From: Candidatus Parcubacteria bacterium
GTDB lineage: Bacteria; Patescibacteriota; Minisyncoccia; Phycocordibacterales; CAIZLB01
Length of the DNA stretch: 64,000 bases
NCBI GenBank assembly: GCA_043760135.1
Contig: JAYUPL010000014.1
Span: forward strand, 25,347-89,346
Reading direction: 5' to 3'
In this document: positions 47,840 through 57,168 of the stretch, piece by piece
Layout of the letters: each line of letters begins with the position of its first letter
Position numbering within the stretch: the first letter of the stretch is position 1
Program-made: the position numbers and the translations under genes
The notes under the pieces: model-generated
Told to the model about the DNA's origin: nothing
Databases searched by the model: none
Seen by the model: only the letters and a program-made list of their open reading frames with translations

Positions 47840-48577
47840 ATGCTACAATACACGTATATTATGTATATGCGTAAAACTTTATTGTCTTTGATATTGCTTC
47901 TTTCTATGGGTACAGTTAGTATTGTATTTGCTGATACAATGAATATTGTAAATACACAGGTGTATAAAGATATAAAACTAAAAGCTCCTATTTACAAACA
48001 ACAATATGCAAACAGTTGTGAAGCTGCTGCTTTGCGTATGGCATTGGCATTTAAAGGAGTTATGAAAAATGACGTGCAGATTTTGACAAAGTTTGGATAC
48101 AATCCAACCTACAAAGATTGGGCCAACAATATTTGGGACGATCCTCAAAAACAATATGTTGGGTTTGTCGATGTGACTGGTAGGATAAAAGGTGGATATG
48201 GAGTGTATGGTCTTCCGGTTGTAAAAGCTATTGAGTCCTTTAAGTTAAATGCTGAATATGCAACAAGTACAGCGATAACACCAACTTTTATTGCACAAGC
48301 TGTTGATAATAAAAACCCAGTTATGATCTGGGGATATACATCATTCACTGAGGCCCCTTATACATGGCAAACACCTGAAGGCAACACTGTTAAGGCCTTT
48401 AAGGGTGAGCATGTACGCTTAGTTGTAGGTTTTAAGGGAACTATTGAAAAGCCTGTAGGTTTTTACATACACGATTCAGTTACAGGAAAGGCTTTTGAAT
48501 ACTGGACAACTGAACAGTTGGTAACACATATGAATAAAGTTCCAGGAGTGACCGATCAAGCTGTTATTGTAAAATAG
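47840..48577 (+). CDS. secreted C39-like cysteine peptidase-domain protein (YvpB-like)
   Basis: Signal peptide and QQYANSCEAAALRMAL (Q...CxxxxLxMxL motif of the Peptidase_C39_2 family). Confidence 0.5.
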   Translation: MLQYTYIMYMRKTLLSLILLLSMGTVSIVFADTMNIVNTQVYKDIKLKAPIYKQQYANSCEAAALRMALAFKGVMKNDVQILTKFGYNPTYKDWANNIWDDPQKQYVGFVDVTGRIKGGYGVYGLPVVKAIESFKLNAEYATSTAITPTFIAQAVDNKNPVMIWGYTSFTEAPYTWQTPEGNTVKAFKGEHVRLVVGFKGTIEKPVGFYIHDSVTGKAFEYWTTEQLVTHMNKVPGVTDQAVIVK

Positions 48578-48602
48578 TTTTTTAAAAGGGTATACTAGGG
48601 TT

Positions 48603-49574
48603 ATGTTTTTAGAATTTATTGTGCTCGTGTTATCTTTGATGACAGGGTCAACAACAACCAATATACAAGTTAAACCCGAACCTGCTTCTGCTTCGGTGTT
48701 GTTTTTAGGTGATATGATGTTTGATAGGAGTGTGAGAGCAACTGCAAATAAGATTGGATATGAAAATATTTTTGGTCCAAGTACGACGACTATTGCTCAG
48801 TATGATGTAGCCGTTGCTAATCTTGAAGGACCGATAACTACATTTAAATCAAAAACCATATCATCAACAGGTTATCCTATATCAGGATTTCAATTTACAT
48901 TTGATAATGCAGTCGCTTCAGCTTTAAAAAAATCAGGTGTAGATATTGTAAGTCTTGCTAATAATCACACTGATAATTTTGGACAACAAGGCATAGATCA
49001 AACTCGATCAATATTATCTAAAAATAATGTTATGTATTTTGGTAGTCCTAAAAATAATCCTGCGTATACTGCCACATCTACTTGTGTTAATGATATTTGT
49101 ATTGGTGTGATAGGTTGGAATGAATTTGGATATGCTAATAATCAATTTATTATTGATAAAATAAAAGATATGAGATCTAAAGTTGACTACTTGGCTATAT
49201 ATCCACATTGGGGAATAGAGTATCAATTGACGCCAAGTAAGAATCAAATCAAGCTAGCGCACGAATGGATTGATGCAGGGGCTGATGTGATTATAGGTGC
49301 ACATCCACACGTGATCCAGTCTGTGGAACAATATAAGGATAAATATATCTTTTACTCATTAGGTAATTTTATCTTTGATCAATATTTTTCTTTCAATACA
49401 ACTCATGGTATTGGGGTTGAGGCAATTGTATATAAAGATAAAGTTGAATATAAGGTAATACCTTTTTCAAGTATTGGTCATAAGGTGAGTGTTCCGAGTG
49501 AGGCTAATAAAGATAAGTTGTTTAATATATTAAGGAAGGTGTCAGGAAGTATTATCGATAAAATGATTATCTGA
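48603..49574 (+). CDS. capA: CapA/PgsA-family metallophosphoesterase (poly-gamma-glutamate/capsule synthesis-like)
   Basis: LFLGDMMFDR, VANLEGPIT, LANNHTDNFG, HWGIEY and GAHPHVIQ motifs. Confidence 0.8.
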   Translation: MFLEFIVLVLSLMTGSTTTNIQVKPEPASASVLFLGDMMFDRSVRATANKIGYENIFGPSTTTIAQYDVAVANLEGPITTFKSKTISSTGYPISGFQFTFDNAVASALKKSGVDIVSLANNHTDNFGQQGIDQTRSILSKNNVMYFGSPKNNPAYTATSTCVNDICIGVIGWNEFGYANNQFIIDKIKDMRSKVDYLAIYPHWGIEYQLTPSKNQIKLAHEWIDAGADVIIGAHPHVIQSVEQYKDKYIFYSLGNFIFDQYFSFNTTHGIGVEAIVYKDKVEYKVIPFSSIGHKVSVPSEANKDKLFNILRKVSGSIIDKMII

Positions 49575-49663
49575 TATAGATAATTTTACAAAATTTGTTG
49601 ACTTAGATAAATAGTATATTCCAATTTTGTAAAAAGTTGCACTTGTGTAATTTGAGAATATAA

Positions 49664-50023
49664 TTGTCTGTAATGAATCCAAACATTAACAACCAAAAAG
49701 GAATAAAAGATGATATGTCAGTGAAGGAACTGGCTGTTTTGATGATGGAAGGTTTTGCCGTTGTTAATAAAAGGATAGATAAACTTGAGGGAAGACTCGA
49801 TAGTTTAGAAAATAGATTTGATCATTTAGAATCTTACATGAAAGAAGGTTTTGAGGCTATTGATCAACGTTTTGATGATTTGGAAAATAGGTTTGGAAGA
49901 TTTGAAACTCGCTTTAATAAATTTGAAAAAGAGGTAAGTAGGCACTTATCCATAATAGATAAAAATATGGTAAATCCATTTGAGTTTCAGGCACTGTCTT
50001 TGAAGGTTGAACAGCTGGGGTAG
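49664..50023 (+). CDS. hypothetical coiled-coil protein with RFD..LE..RF heptad-like repeats
   Basis: Repeated xRFDxLExRFxxxExRF units over 119 aa. Confidence 0.4.
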   Translation: MSVMNPNINNQKGIKDDMSVKELAVLMMEGFAVVNKRIDKLEGRLDSLENRFDHLESYMKEGFEAIDQRFDDLENRFGRFETRFNKFEKEVSRHLSIIDKNMVNPFEFQALSLKVEQLG

Positions 50024-50199
50024 GGTGCTATCATTATCTATGAATATCAAGATAAAACGATAGCAGATGTTGATAGGTTGGTGGGTGTATAAATAAGAAT
50101 CATACGTAAGGACCAGTATTTTTCTATCTCATTTCACCAAGGATCATTCGATAAAGAAAAATTTTTCACTTGTATTTTGGGTCCCTAACTCAAAGCTCA

Positions 50200-50284
50200 C
50201 TCACAGAACTGCCACAGGGCAGTTCCTATTGCTAAAACTCTTTCAAGTCCCTCACAAAATTGCCATCAGGCAATTTTTATCGCT
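50200..50284 (+). repeat. two 34-nt tandem hairpin units (ctcacaGaaCtgccaCAGggcaGttCCtatTgct / ctcacaAaaTtgccaTCAggcaAttTTtatCgct)
   Basis: The units are 51 nt apart. Stems differ by compensatory c-g to t-a changes. Confidence 0.45.
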
Positions 50285-50295
50285 TATATTGTGCA

Positions 50296-50333
50296 AAATA
50301 AATAGAGCCCTTAAAAAAGGACCCTATTTATTT
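50296..50333. terminator. long AT-rich palindrome aaataaatag-agcccttaaaaaaggacc-ctatttattt
   Basis: 10-bp perfect outer stem with an inner cctt/aagg stem. Confidence 0.4.
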
Positions 50334-50334
50334 C

Positions 50335-50363
50335 ACATTTTGCCTTGGCAAAATAGAAGTACA
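50335..50363 (-). repeat. tRNA-trailer hairpin motif (copy 2, follows tRNA-Val on the minus strand)
   Basis: Minus-strand reading gtacttctattttgccaaggcaaaatgtg. Confidence 0.5.
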
Positions 50364-50369
50364 CTTGTT

Positions 50370-50442
50370 GTGCGCGATGAGGGACTTGAACCCCCGACCT
50401 TCTCAGTGTAAATGAGTTGCTCTACCAACTGAGCTAATCGCG
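50370..50442 (-). tRNA. tRNA-Val (anticodon TAC)
   Basis: Reverse complement gcgcgat-ta-gctc-agttggta-gagc-a-actca-ttTACac-tgaga-aggtc-ggggg-ttcaagt-ccctc-atcgcgc-a. Classic D-arm. Confidence 0.8.
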
Positions 50443-50512
50443 CTCTCACGTAAAAATAATATATCATATTCCGATTTGATATACAAATACAACTATAGTA
50501 ATCTAATACTAT

Positions 50513-50595
50513 GCGCAGGTGGCGAAACGGTAGACGCACTACCTTGAGGTGGTAGCGCCCGCAAGGGTGTGGGAGTTCAAATCTCCCCCCGCGCA
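50513..50595 (+). tRNA. tRNA-Leu (anticodon GAG), class II
   Basis: gcgcagg-tg-gcgaaacggtagacgc-a-ctacc-ttGAGgt-ggtag-cgcccgcaagggtgt-gggag-ttcaaat-ctccc-cccgcgc-a. One A:C mismatch in the acceptor stem. Confidence 0.75.
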
Positions 50596-50596
50596 C

Positions 50597-51205
50597 ATGA
50601 AAAATGTAGAATTAATACAAGACAAAAAGTATACCCTTGGTAAAAGGGCTTTCTGGTTCTTATTTTTTAAACATGGTTACAAACCTTTTCTCGTTTTATT
50701 GGCTTGTGGAACTATTGTATATTTTATAAACACAGCCAACTTCGAAAGCTGGCTTTCTACTGTAGATACTATTATTACGGTCGGTCTTTTAAATCTTTGG
50801 ATTATATCTTTGATTCTATCTATATTATTTTTAATATTTGTTTCAACATTTGAACGATATATTCAGCATAAATTTTTATTAGGAGAGCATTCATTTCATG
50901 TTCGAAGGGGAATATTTATGGTGAAAGAAAAAGTTATTCCATATAGACATATTCAAAATGTAGACATTGATAGACCATATCACTACAGACTGCTTGGTTT
51001 ATCAAAGTTAAATATTACAACTGCCCGACTCGACAACTTTGAAGATGAGAAGACAAATCTTATCCCTTTGATCGACAAACACCTTGCTAAAAAGTTATCA
51101 GATTTTTTAATTAAACAAGGTGTTATGAGTCATAAAGGTTATGCTGTAACAGTAGATCAAACTCCAAACACTGCTGTTATTATTGAGGAAATAAATCAAG
51201 AATAA
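50597..51205 (+). CDS. membrane protein with bacterial PH (bPH_2/YdbS-like) domain
   Basis: Two TM helices followed by HVRRGIFMVKEKVIPYRHIQNVDIDRPYHYRLLGLSKL (PH-like). Start set after the tRNA. Confidence 0.5.
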   Translation: MKNVELIQDKKYTLGKRAFWFLFFKHGYKPFLVLLACGTIVYFINTANFESWLSTVDTIITVGLLNLWIISLILSILFLIFVSTFERYIQHKFLLGEHSFHVRRGIFMVKEKVIPYRHIQNVDIDRPYHYRLLGLSKLNITTARLDNFEDEKTNLIPLIDKHLAKKLSDFLIKQGVMSHKGYAVTVDQTPNTAVIIEEINQE

Positions 51206-51208
51206 TAT

Positions 51209-51775
51209 ATGTCATTATTTTTAGTCCAATTATCAATATATGTTACCAATACCTTTGCACCAGAGGTGTTGATATTATTTTGTGTTTTTATGTTAACTTT
51301 GTCAGTTTTATATTTTAATATTAAAGAAATAAAATATAAAGAAGTTCTCAGTGTAAATTGCCCTAACAATGTAAAAGGGGTAGTCATAGTTTCTACAGCA
51401 GTTTTTATTGCTACAATTTTAGCAACATCATTTAAATATATTTTTAAGATTGAAAGACCTGAAAATATGTTGGTCTTAGAATACGGGTATGGCTTTCCAT
51501 CAACTCATACTGCCTTAATTTTTGCACTCTGCTCAGCCTCTATATTTATATTGTTTAAATACTTTGAAAATAACAGCAGGAGATATTTAAATTATCTTCA
51601 CTCTGCTTTATTTATTTCTGTTGCACTACTTGTGGCATCTACTCGTCTAATATTACAGGTGCACAGACCAGTGGATGTGGTAGCGGGGGTTATAGTTGGT
51701 TTAGCATCTACTTACGCAGCGATTAAAATATATTATACTATAACTAAATATGTCGATTTTAAAATTTTTAAATAG
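51209..51775 (+). CDS. PAP2-family phosphatase (undecaprenyl/phosphatidic acid phosphatase-like)
   Basis: PAP2 motifs KIERPENM, PSTHT and TRLILQVHRPVDV. Confidence 0.7.
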   Translation: MSLFLVQLSIYVTNTFAPEVLILFCVFMLTLSVLYFNIKEIKYKEVLSVNCPNNVKGVVIVSTAVFIATILATSFKYIFKIERPENMLVLEYGYGFPSTHTALIFALCSASIFILFKYFENNSRRYLNYLHSALFISVALLVASTRLILQVHRPVDVVAGVIVGLASTYAAIKIYYTITKYVDFKIFK

Positions 51776-52103
51776 TATAAAATATGCGTGGTATGGAATA
51801 AAACAGGTCTTCTTGGAAGAACAGAATTTTCAAATACAATCATTCTGTGGGATTGTGGTTATATTGTTATCTATATTTAAATTTCATTTTAATTACATTG
51901 AACTGTGCTTAACATTTATTTGTATTGCACTGGTACTTGCAACAGAGATTGTAAATACGGCTATTGAAAACACGTGGGATCATTTAGAGCCAAATCATCA
52001 TCCTGTAGTAAAGGCAGTGAAAGATATGATGGCTGCAGCGGTTATGGTGGTTTCGGTTTTTTCTGCTATAGTGTGGTTATTACTCATTGTTAATCGTTAT
52101 TAA
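51750..52103 (+). CDS. dgkA: diacylglycerol kinase / undecaprenol kinase
   Basis: 117-aa 3-TM protein with ATEIVNTAIENTWD...VKDMMAAAV (DAGK_prokar). Confidence 0.75.
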   Translation: MSILKFLNSIKYAWYGIKQVFLEEQNFQIQSFCGIVVILLSIFKFHFNYIELCLTFICIALVLATEIVNTAIENTWDHLEPNHHPVVKAVKDMMAAAVMVVSVFSAIVWLLLIVNRY

Positions 52104-52962
52104 TTCTCTTATGGAAACTCTTTTATTAAAATCTAAACCTATCTTAGATTTTTTTCACCTACATCATAAGATGACTGGTATATCTATTAAAGCTCGCCTC
52201 GATATTTTTTTAATCGGTAGTGATTTATCATCTGGAATCTATGTAAACAAGAAAAAAGAATTAGCTGATACATTAGGAATCGAAACTGTTATTCATACAT
52301 ATCAAGACGATGCTGAGCAAGAGTTTTTAAAATCAGAAATAAAAAATATCTCAGATGATCCAAATGTGAATGGAATAATAATTCAACTTCCTATCCAGAA
52401 AGAATTAAACGTTCGTGAACTTTACAATCAAATTGATCCACAGAAAGATATTGAATCTTTGTCAGACACAAATGTTTCAAAAAGAGAGTATGGTGAGAAA
52501 ACATATTTACCAGCAACTGCTCGTGCGGTACAAAGTCTTTTTGATTTTTATCAAATAGAAATAGAAGGGCTCCACATTGTGATGATTGGTAATTCGGATA
52601 TTGTAGGAAAACCCATCGCAAACATGTGTCTCGAGAAAAAAGCCACAGTGACCATCTGTCACGAATTTACAAAAGACTTACAAGGTATAACCAAGACTGC
52701 TGACATTGTAATAGTGGCTATCGGGAAACCAAAGTTCATTGATCAATCATATTTCAGACATGATAATACGCAGATTGTGATCGATATTGGCATAACTGAT
52801 ATTGGACTCGATGAAAAAACAGGTAAAAGGAAGGTCTCAGGGGATGTGGATTTTGAAAATGTGAAAGATAAAGTTTTGGCAATAACCCCAGTTCCAGGCG
52901 GGGTTGGTCCTCTGACTGTTTTAAGCCTTATTGAAAATCTCCTCGAATCGGTGGTACAATAG
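52087..52962 (+). CDS. folD: bifunctional methylenetetrahydrofolate dehydrogenase/cyclohydrolase
   Basis: VGKPIANM, TICHEFTKDL and PVPGGVGPLTVLSLIENLL. Confidence 0.8.
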   Translation: MLIVINSLMETLLLKSKPILDFFHLHHKMTGISIKARLDIFLIGSDLSSGIYVNKKKELADTLGIETVIHTYQDDAEQEFLKSEIKNISDDPNVNGIIIQLPIQKELNVRELYNQIDPQKDIESLSDTNVSKREYGEKTYLPATARAVQSLFDFYQIEIEGLHIVMIGNSDIVGKPIANMCLEKKATVTICHEFTKDLQGITKTADIVIVAIGKPKFIDQSYFRHDNTQIVIDIGITDIGLDEKTGKRKVSGDVDFENVKDKVLAITPVPGGVGPLTVLSLIENLLESVVQ

Positions 52963-53839
52963 GTATATGAATAACATCCAACAAAACATTACAGAATTCG
53001 TTCAGGCGAATAACTTAAGAAGAAATTTAGCCACATTAATTTTGATTTTTATAGCCCTATTTTTAGTAGCTAAGACTGTGCTTACATACAAAGAAGCAGT
53101 TGGTTATGAAAACCCAAACAATATCAACTATATAAATGTAACTGGTAAGGCAGAAAAGTATATAGTTCCTGATACACTAACTTTTAATATTACAATCAAC
53201 GAGGAAGGTAAAAATATATCTGAAGTAACTACAAAAGCAAAAGCGAAAGCAGAAAAAGCTATAGCAATTCTTGTTGCAAATGGTGTAGAGAAAGAAAATA
53301 TAAAACTAGAAAATTACAATGTATCGGATAAATATGAAAATGTGTCACAGCCATGTGCATATCCAGATATTGCAACATCAATGAAAGTGAGTGTTGCATA
53401 CCCATGTCCATCAAATCCTAGAATTGTGGGGCAGATATTAAATCAAATTATGGTTGTAAAAATTCGTGATATAGAGAAAAATGCTGATAATGAGAAGAGA
53501 ACAAAGATTATAAGTGAATTATCGACAGAAAATATTAGAGCTGACGGCTTTAATTTCACAGTCTATGATATCGAGAGTGTTCAAAAGGAAATACGTGAGG
53601 AAGCTATAAAAAATGCTAAAGATGATGCCAAAAGATTAGCAAAAGCATTAGGTGTAAGGCTAGATGAATTATCATCATTCTCAGATAACGGTCAACCAGT
53701 CTATCCGATGTATGGAGGAACTGCATATGATAGTATGAGTGCAAAGGTTGAGAGGGCAGTAGCTCCGGTAGCTCCTGAACTTACTCCAGGTCAAGAGAAA
53801 ATCACATCAAATGTAACATTGACATACTCAATCAAATAG
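52931..53839 (+). CDS. SIMPL/DUF541-like membrane-anchored protein
   Basis: N-terminal TM followed by the two-lobed repeat architecture typical of DUF541 (YggE-like). Confidence 0.45.
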   Translation: MKISSNRWYNRYMNNIQQNITEFVQANNLRRNLATLILIFIALFLVAKTVLTYKEAVGYENPNNINYINVTGKAEKYIVPDTLTFNITINEEGKNISEVTTKAKAKAEKAIAILVANGVEKENIKLENYNVSDKYENVSQPCAYPDIATSMKVSVAYPCPSNPRIVGQILNQIMVVKIRDIEKNADNEKRTKIISELSTENIRADGFNFTVYDIESVQKEIREEAIKNAKDDAKRLAKALGVRLDELSSFSDNGQPVYPMYGGTAYDSMSAKVERAVAPVAPELTPGQEKITSNVTLTYSIK

Positions 53840-53931
53840 GCTACTATAATTACATGTTTAAGGCGCTCCCAAAAGAGCGTTTTAAATTTGAAAAAATTTC
53901 AAAAATAATTAAAATCTAATATAATAAAAAC

Positions 53932-54111
53932 ATGTCTATCATATCGTACATCAAAGAAGTTGCATCTGAAAGTAGAAATATAAAATGGCCTACTCGTAAA
54001 CAAGTGATCAGTTATACATTGATTGTTATTGTTCTTTCTCTTTTACTTGCAATATATGTTGGGGCACTAGACGCTGCGTTCGCAAGGCTATTATCAATAT
54101 TACTTAACTAA
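53932..54111 (+). CDS. secE: preprotein translocase subunit SecE (59 aa; not in the supplied ORF track)
   Basis: MSIISYIKEVASESRNIKWPTRKQVISYTLIVIVLSLLLAIYVGALDAAFARLLSILLN. KWPTRK followed by a single TM, directly upstream of nusG. Confidence 0.75.
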   Translation: MSIISYIKEVASESRNIKWPTRKQVISYTLIVIVLSLLLAIYVGALDAAFARLLSILLN

Positions 54112-54130
54112 TATAATCTTATAAAAATTT

Positions 54131-54673
54131 ATGGCAAAACAAATTGAAAAAGATCGAAACTGGTATGCGGTACAAACATATTCAGGATATGAAAATGCAG
54201 TTGTTCGTAATCTTAAACAACGTATTGAATCTCTTGGACTTGAAGATAAAATCTTTAATGTGCTTATCCCAACAAAAAAGGTGATCAAAATCAAATCTGG
54301 AAAGAGAATTGAGGAAGATGAAAAAATCTACCCAGGATACGTACTTGTAGAAATGATCGTGAATGATGAGACATGGTTCAACGTTCGTAATACTCCGAGA
54401 GTTACAGGGTTCGTAGGATCAGGAAATATTCCAGTTCCTGTGACAGATACTGAATTGGCTGACATATTTGCAAACATGAAGGGGGACAACCTGATACATA
54501 ACCTTGACGTACGTGTTGATGAATACGTTTCAATCGTAGATGGTCCATTTAAGGACTCAGAAGGTAAGGTTTCAAAGATTGATCAAGAAAAAGGGAAGCT
54601 CACTGTACTCGTTTCTATGTTCGATCGCGAGATTCCAGTGGAACTCGACTTCTTGCAAGTAAAGAAAAAATAG
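54131..54673 (+). CDS. nusG: transcription antiterminator NusG
   Basis: NGN domain WYAVQTYSGYEN and KOW motif GPFKDSEGKV. Confidence 0.9.
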   Translation: MAKQIEKDRNWYAVQTYSGYENAVVRNLKQRIESLGLEDKIFNVLIPTKKVIKIKSGKRIEEDEKIYPGYVLVEMIVNDETWFNVRNTPRVTGFVGSGNIPVPVTDTELADIFANMKGDNLIHNLDVRVDEYVSIVDGPFKDSEGKVSKIDQEKGKLTVLVSMFDREIPVELDFLQVKKK

Positions 54674-54709
54674 GTTATTATCAATCACACAAACAAAACT
54701 AATATATAT

Positions 54710-55135
54710 ATGGCAAAAAAAGTAGTAAAAATAATAAAATTACAGATCGCAGCTGCAAAAGCAACACCTGCACCACCTATTGGTACAGCCCTTGGGCCGG
54801 CCGGTGTTAACATTGCTGATTTCGTAAAGAGGTTCAACGATGCAACACAAGCTCTTGTGGGAAGTACTGTTCCTGTTGTGATCAATGTATATGACGATAG
54901 ATCTTTTGATTTTATCATGAAAACAGCTCCTGCAGCTGAGATGGTTAAAAAAGCTATTGGACTTGAAACAGGTTCAGGTACACCAAACTCTAAGAAAGCT
55001 GGTAAGATTACAAAGGCTCAAGTAGCTGAGATTGCTGCGAGAAAGATGGTGGACATGAATGCGTATAATCTAGAAGGGGCAATCAAAATGATTGAAGGTA
55101 CATGTCGATCTCTAGGGGTTGAGGTTGTAAACTAA
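54710..55135 (+). CDS. rplK: 50S ribosomal protein L11
   Basis: [35 protein letters not shown]. Confidence 0.9.
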   Translation: MAKKVVKIIKLQIAAAKATPAPPIGTALGPAGVNIADFVKRFNDATQALVGSTVPVVINVYDDRSFDFIMKTAPAAEMVKKAIGLETGSGTPNSKKAGKITKAQVAEIAARKMVDMNAYNLEGAIKMIEGTCRSLGVEVVN

Positions 55136-55236
55136 AGAAAATAAAGAAGCATCACTGAGAGGTGATGTTTTTTTGTTGTTCTTATACTATAATAATAGTC
55201 AGAATTATAATTATAAATAAAATTTATACAATCTTA

Positions 55237-56268
55237 ATGTTTACAAAACATAATATTTTATCCATCTCAGTCCTTGCACTCTTCATTGTTTCTTCTTCAC
55301 TCAAAGCATCAACTTATGAGCTGGCTGAAAATTTATCAGGACCATCAACGTACACTTTAACTGCAGTCAAGTCGGGTACAGGAACAGGGTTGATTAACGG
55401 TATTGATGCAGCGACTACTACATTTATGTTCGGAGAAACTTTCACCCTGACAGCTACTGCAAACCCAGGTTCAACTTTCACCGGTTGGTCAGGAGATTGC
55501 ATTGGCACTGCCTCATGTCTTTTGGTTATGAGTGGGAATAAATCAATCACCACAACCTTTACGGCAAATAATGTTGTAACTCCTCCAGGTACAGCTGGCG
55601 GTGGAGGAGGTGCAAGTGGAGGTGGTAACACATCAGGTGGGGGCAGTAATACATCAGGTGCTACCAATACTGGCGGGTATACAAATCCCAACAATACAGG
55701 TCTTGGAATAAATACAAATCTGAATGTAACCCCAATTAAATACTCATTTGTTCAAACTCTGGGTGTGACACAGAAGAGTGATGATGTGATCAAACTTCAA
55801 CAACTCTTAAATGCAAACGGCTACACTGTTGCTTTCAGCGGTATTGGTTCAAGAGGTCAAGAATCAAACTACTTTGGTCCAGCTACTCGAGCTGCTTTGA
55901 TTAAATTCCAGACTGCAAAAAAAATCCCCACTACTGGCGTGCTCGACCTTGCAACTCGAACTGCGTTAAATGAATTTAATATGCCTATTACTCCAGAAGC
56001 TAATACACTAGTTAATGCAACAGGAGGGTATGCCTTTGTACGAAACTTAATGGTCAACTCTAGAGATTCTGATGTGATCAAATTACAACAAATTTTAAAT
56101 GCTAAAGGTTATATTATTGCAACAAGAGGGGCAGGTTCTCCTGGACTTGAATCAAACTACTTTGGACCAGCTACTCGCGCAGCGCTGGCTCGATTTCAGA
56201 GAGATAACGGCATTAGTCCAGCTGCTGGTTTCTTGGGAGTAATAACTCGAGCAAAACTAAGTAAGTAA
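55237..56268 (+). CDS. secreted protein with Gly-rich linker and two peptidoglycan-binding (PG_binding_1) repeats
   Basis: Signal peptide. DDVIKLQQLLNANGY...NYFGPATRAAL is repeated twice. Start at the internal ATG. Confidence 0.65.
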   Translation: MFTKHNILSISVLALFIVSSSLKASTYELAENLSGPSTYTLTAVKSGTGTGLINGIDAATTTFMFGETFTLTATANPGSTFTGWSGDCIGTASCLLVMSGNKSITTTFTANNVVTPPGTAGGGGGASGGGNTSGGGSNTSGATNTGGYTNPNNTGLGINTNLNVTPIKYSFVQTLGVTQKSDDVIKLQQLLNANGYTVAFSGIGSRGQESNYFGPATRAALIKFQTAKKIPTTGVLDLATRTALNEFNMPITPEANTLVNATGGYAFVRNLMVNSRDSDVIKLQQILNAKGYIIATRGAGSPGLESNYFGPATRAALARFQRDNGISPAAGFLGVITRAKLSK

Positions 56269-56341
56269 TTATTCTTAAATTCAAAAAAAATAAATTATCT
56301 ATAACACAGGTGATTTATTTTTTTATGTTATTATATAAATT

Positions 56342-57118
56342 ATGAATATATACCTTATGTTAATTTCAATCCTAGAAGGTCTAACAGAATTTCTTCCTAT
56401 ATCTTCTACGGCCCATCTTATTATTTTCTCAAAGTTTACCAATGTTGATTTAACCGATATGTATATAAAGTTTTATTTACTCTTTATTCAGTTCGGAGCA
56501 TTGCTTGCAGGTGCTTCGGTTTTTGCTAAGAAAATTTTTACAGATAAAAAATTATTTACAAATATAATTGTAAGTTTTATTCCAAGTGCTATTGTTGGAT
56601 TTATTTTTTATAAAATGTTTAAGAAATTATTAGAAGGAAATATATTACTGATGGCTACTATGCTTATAGTGGGTGGTGTTATATTTATATATATAGAAAA
56701 AGTATTTCTAAAAAAGCAGGTAAACATACAGAAACAAAAAGATACACTGACCACGAAGGATGCTTTTGTTGTAGGACTTGCTCAAGCTGTTGCTATCATC
56801 CCTGGGGTTTCCAGATCGGGAGCTACTATTATCGCTGGTGTGTTTAGAAATATTAAAAAATCTGTGATCATTGAGTATACATTTATATTGGCATTACCAA
56901 CGCTAGGTGCTGCAGTACTATATGATGCATATAAGTCGAGAGAGATTTTTTCTATGATATATGGATATGGTGAATTGATAACAGGGTTTGTTTTGGCTTT
57001 TGTGTCTGGATATGCAACATTGTTTATTTTGAGAAAATATTTGACTCGGATATCTTTGACTTTCTTTGGGTGGTATAGGATTGTGTTGGCGATTCTGATA
57101 CTTTTGACATTGTATTAG
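56342..57118 (+). CDS. uppP: undecaprenyl-diphosphatase
   Basis: LEGLTEFLPISSTAHLII and GVSRSGATIIAG. Confidence 0.85.
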   Translation: MNIYLMLISILEGLTEFLPISSTAHLIIFSKFTNVDLTDMYIKFYLLFIQFGALLAGASVFAKKIFTDKKLFTNIIVSFIPSAIVGFIFYKMFKKLLEGNILLMATMLIVGGVIFIYIEKVFLKKQVNIQKQKDTLTTKDAFVVGLAQAVAIIPGVSRSGATIIAGVFRNIKKSVIIEYTFILALPTLGAAVLYDAYKSREIFSMIYGYGELITGFVLAFVSGYATLFILRKYLTRISLTFFGWYRIVLAILILLTLY

Positions 57119-57168
57119 AAAAAAAGTCAAGCAGTCATTAAAAATTCAAAAATGATACAATTACCAAA

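Noticed and set aside
50333-50596. 87-aa minus-strand ORF spanning tRNA-Val and tRNA-Leu
   Set aside because: The sequence is accounted for by two well-folding tRNA genes. Its GC-rich character reflects tRNA sequence, not coding sequence.
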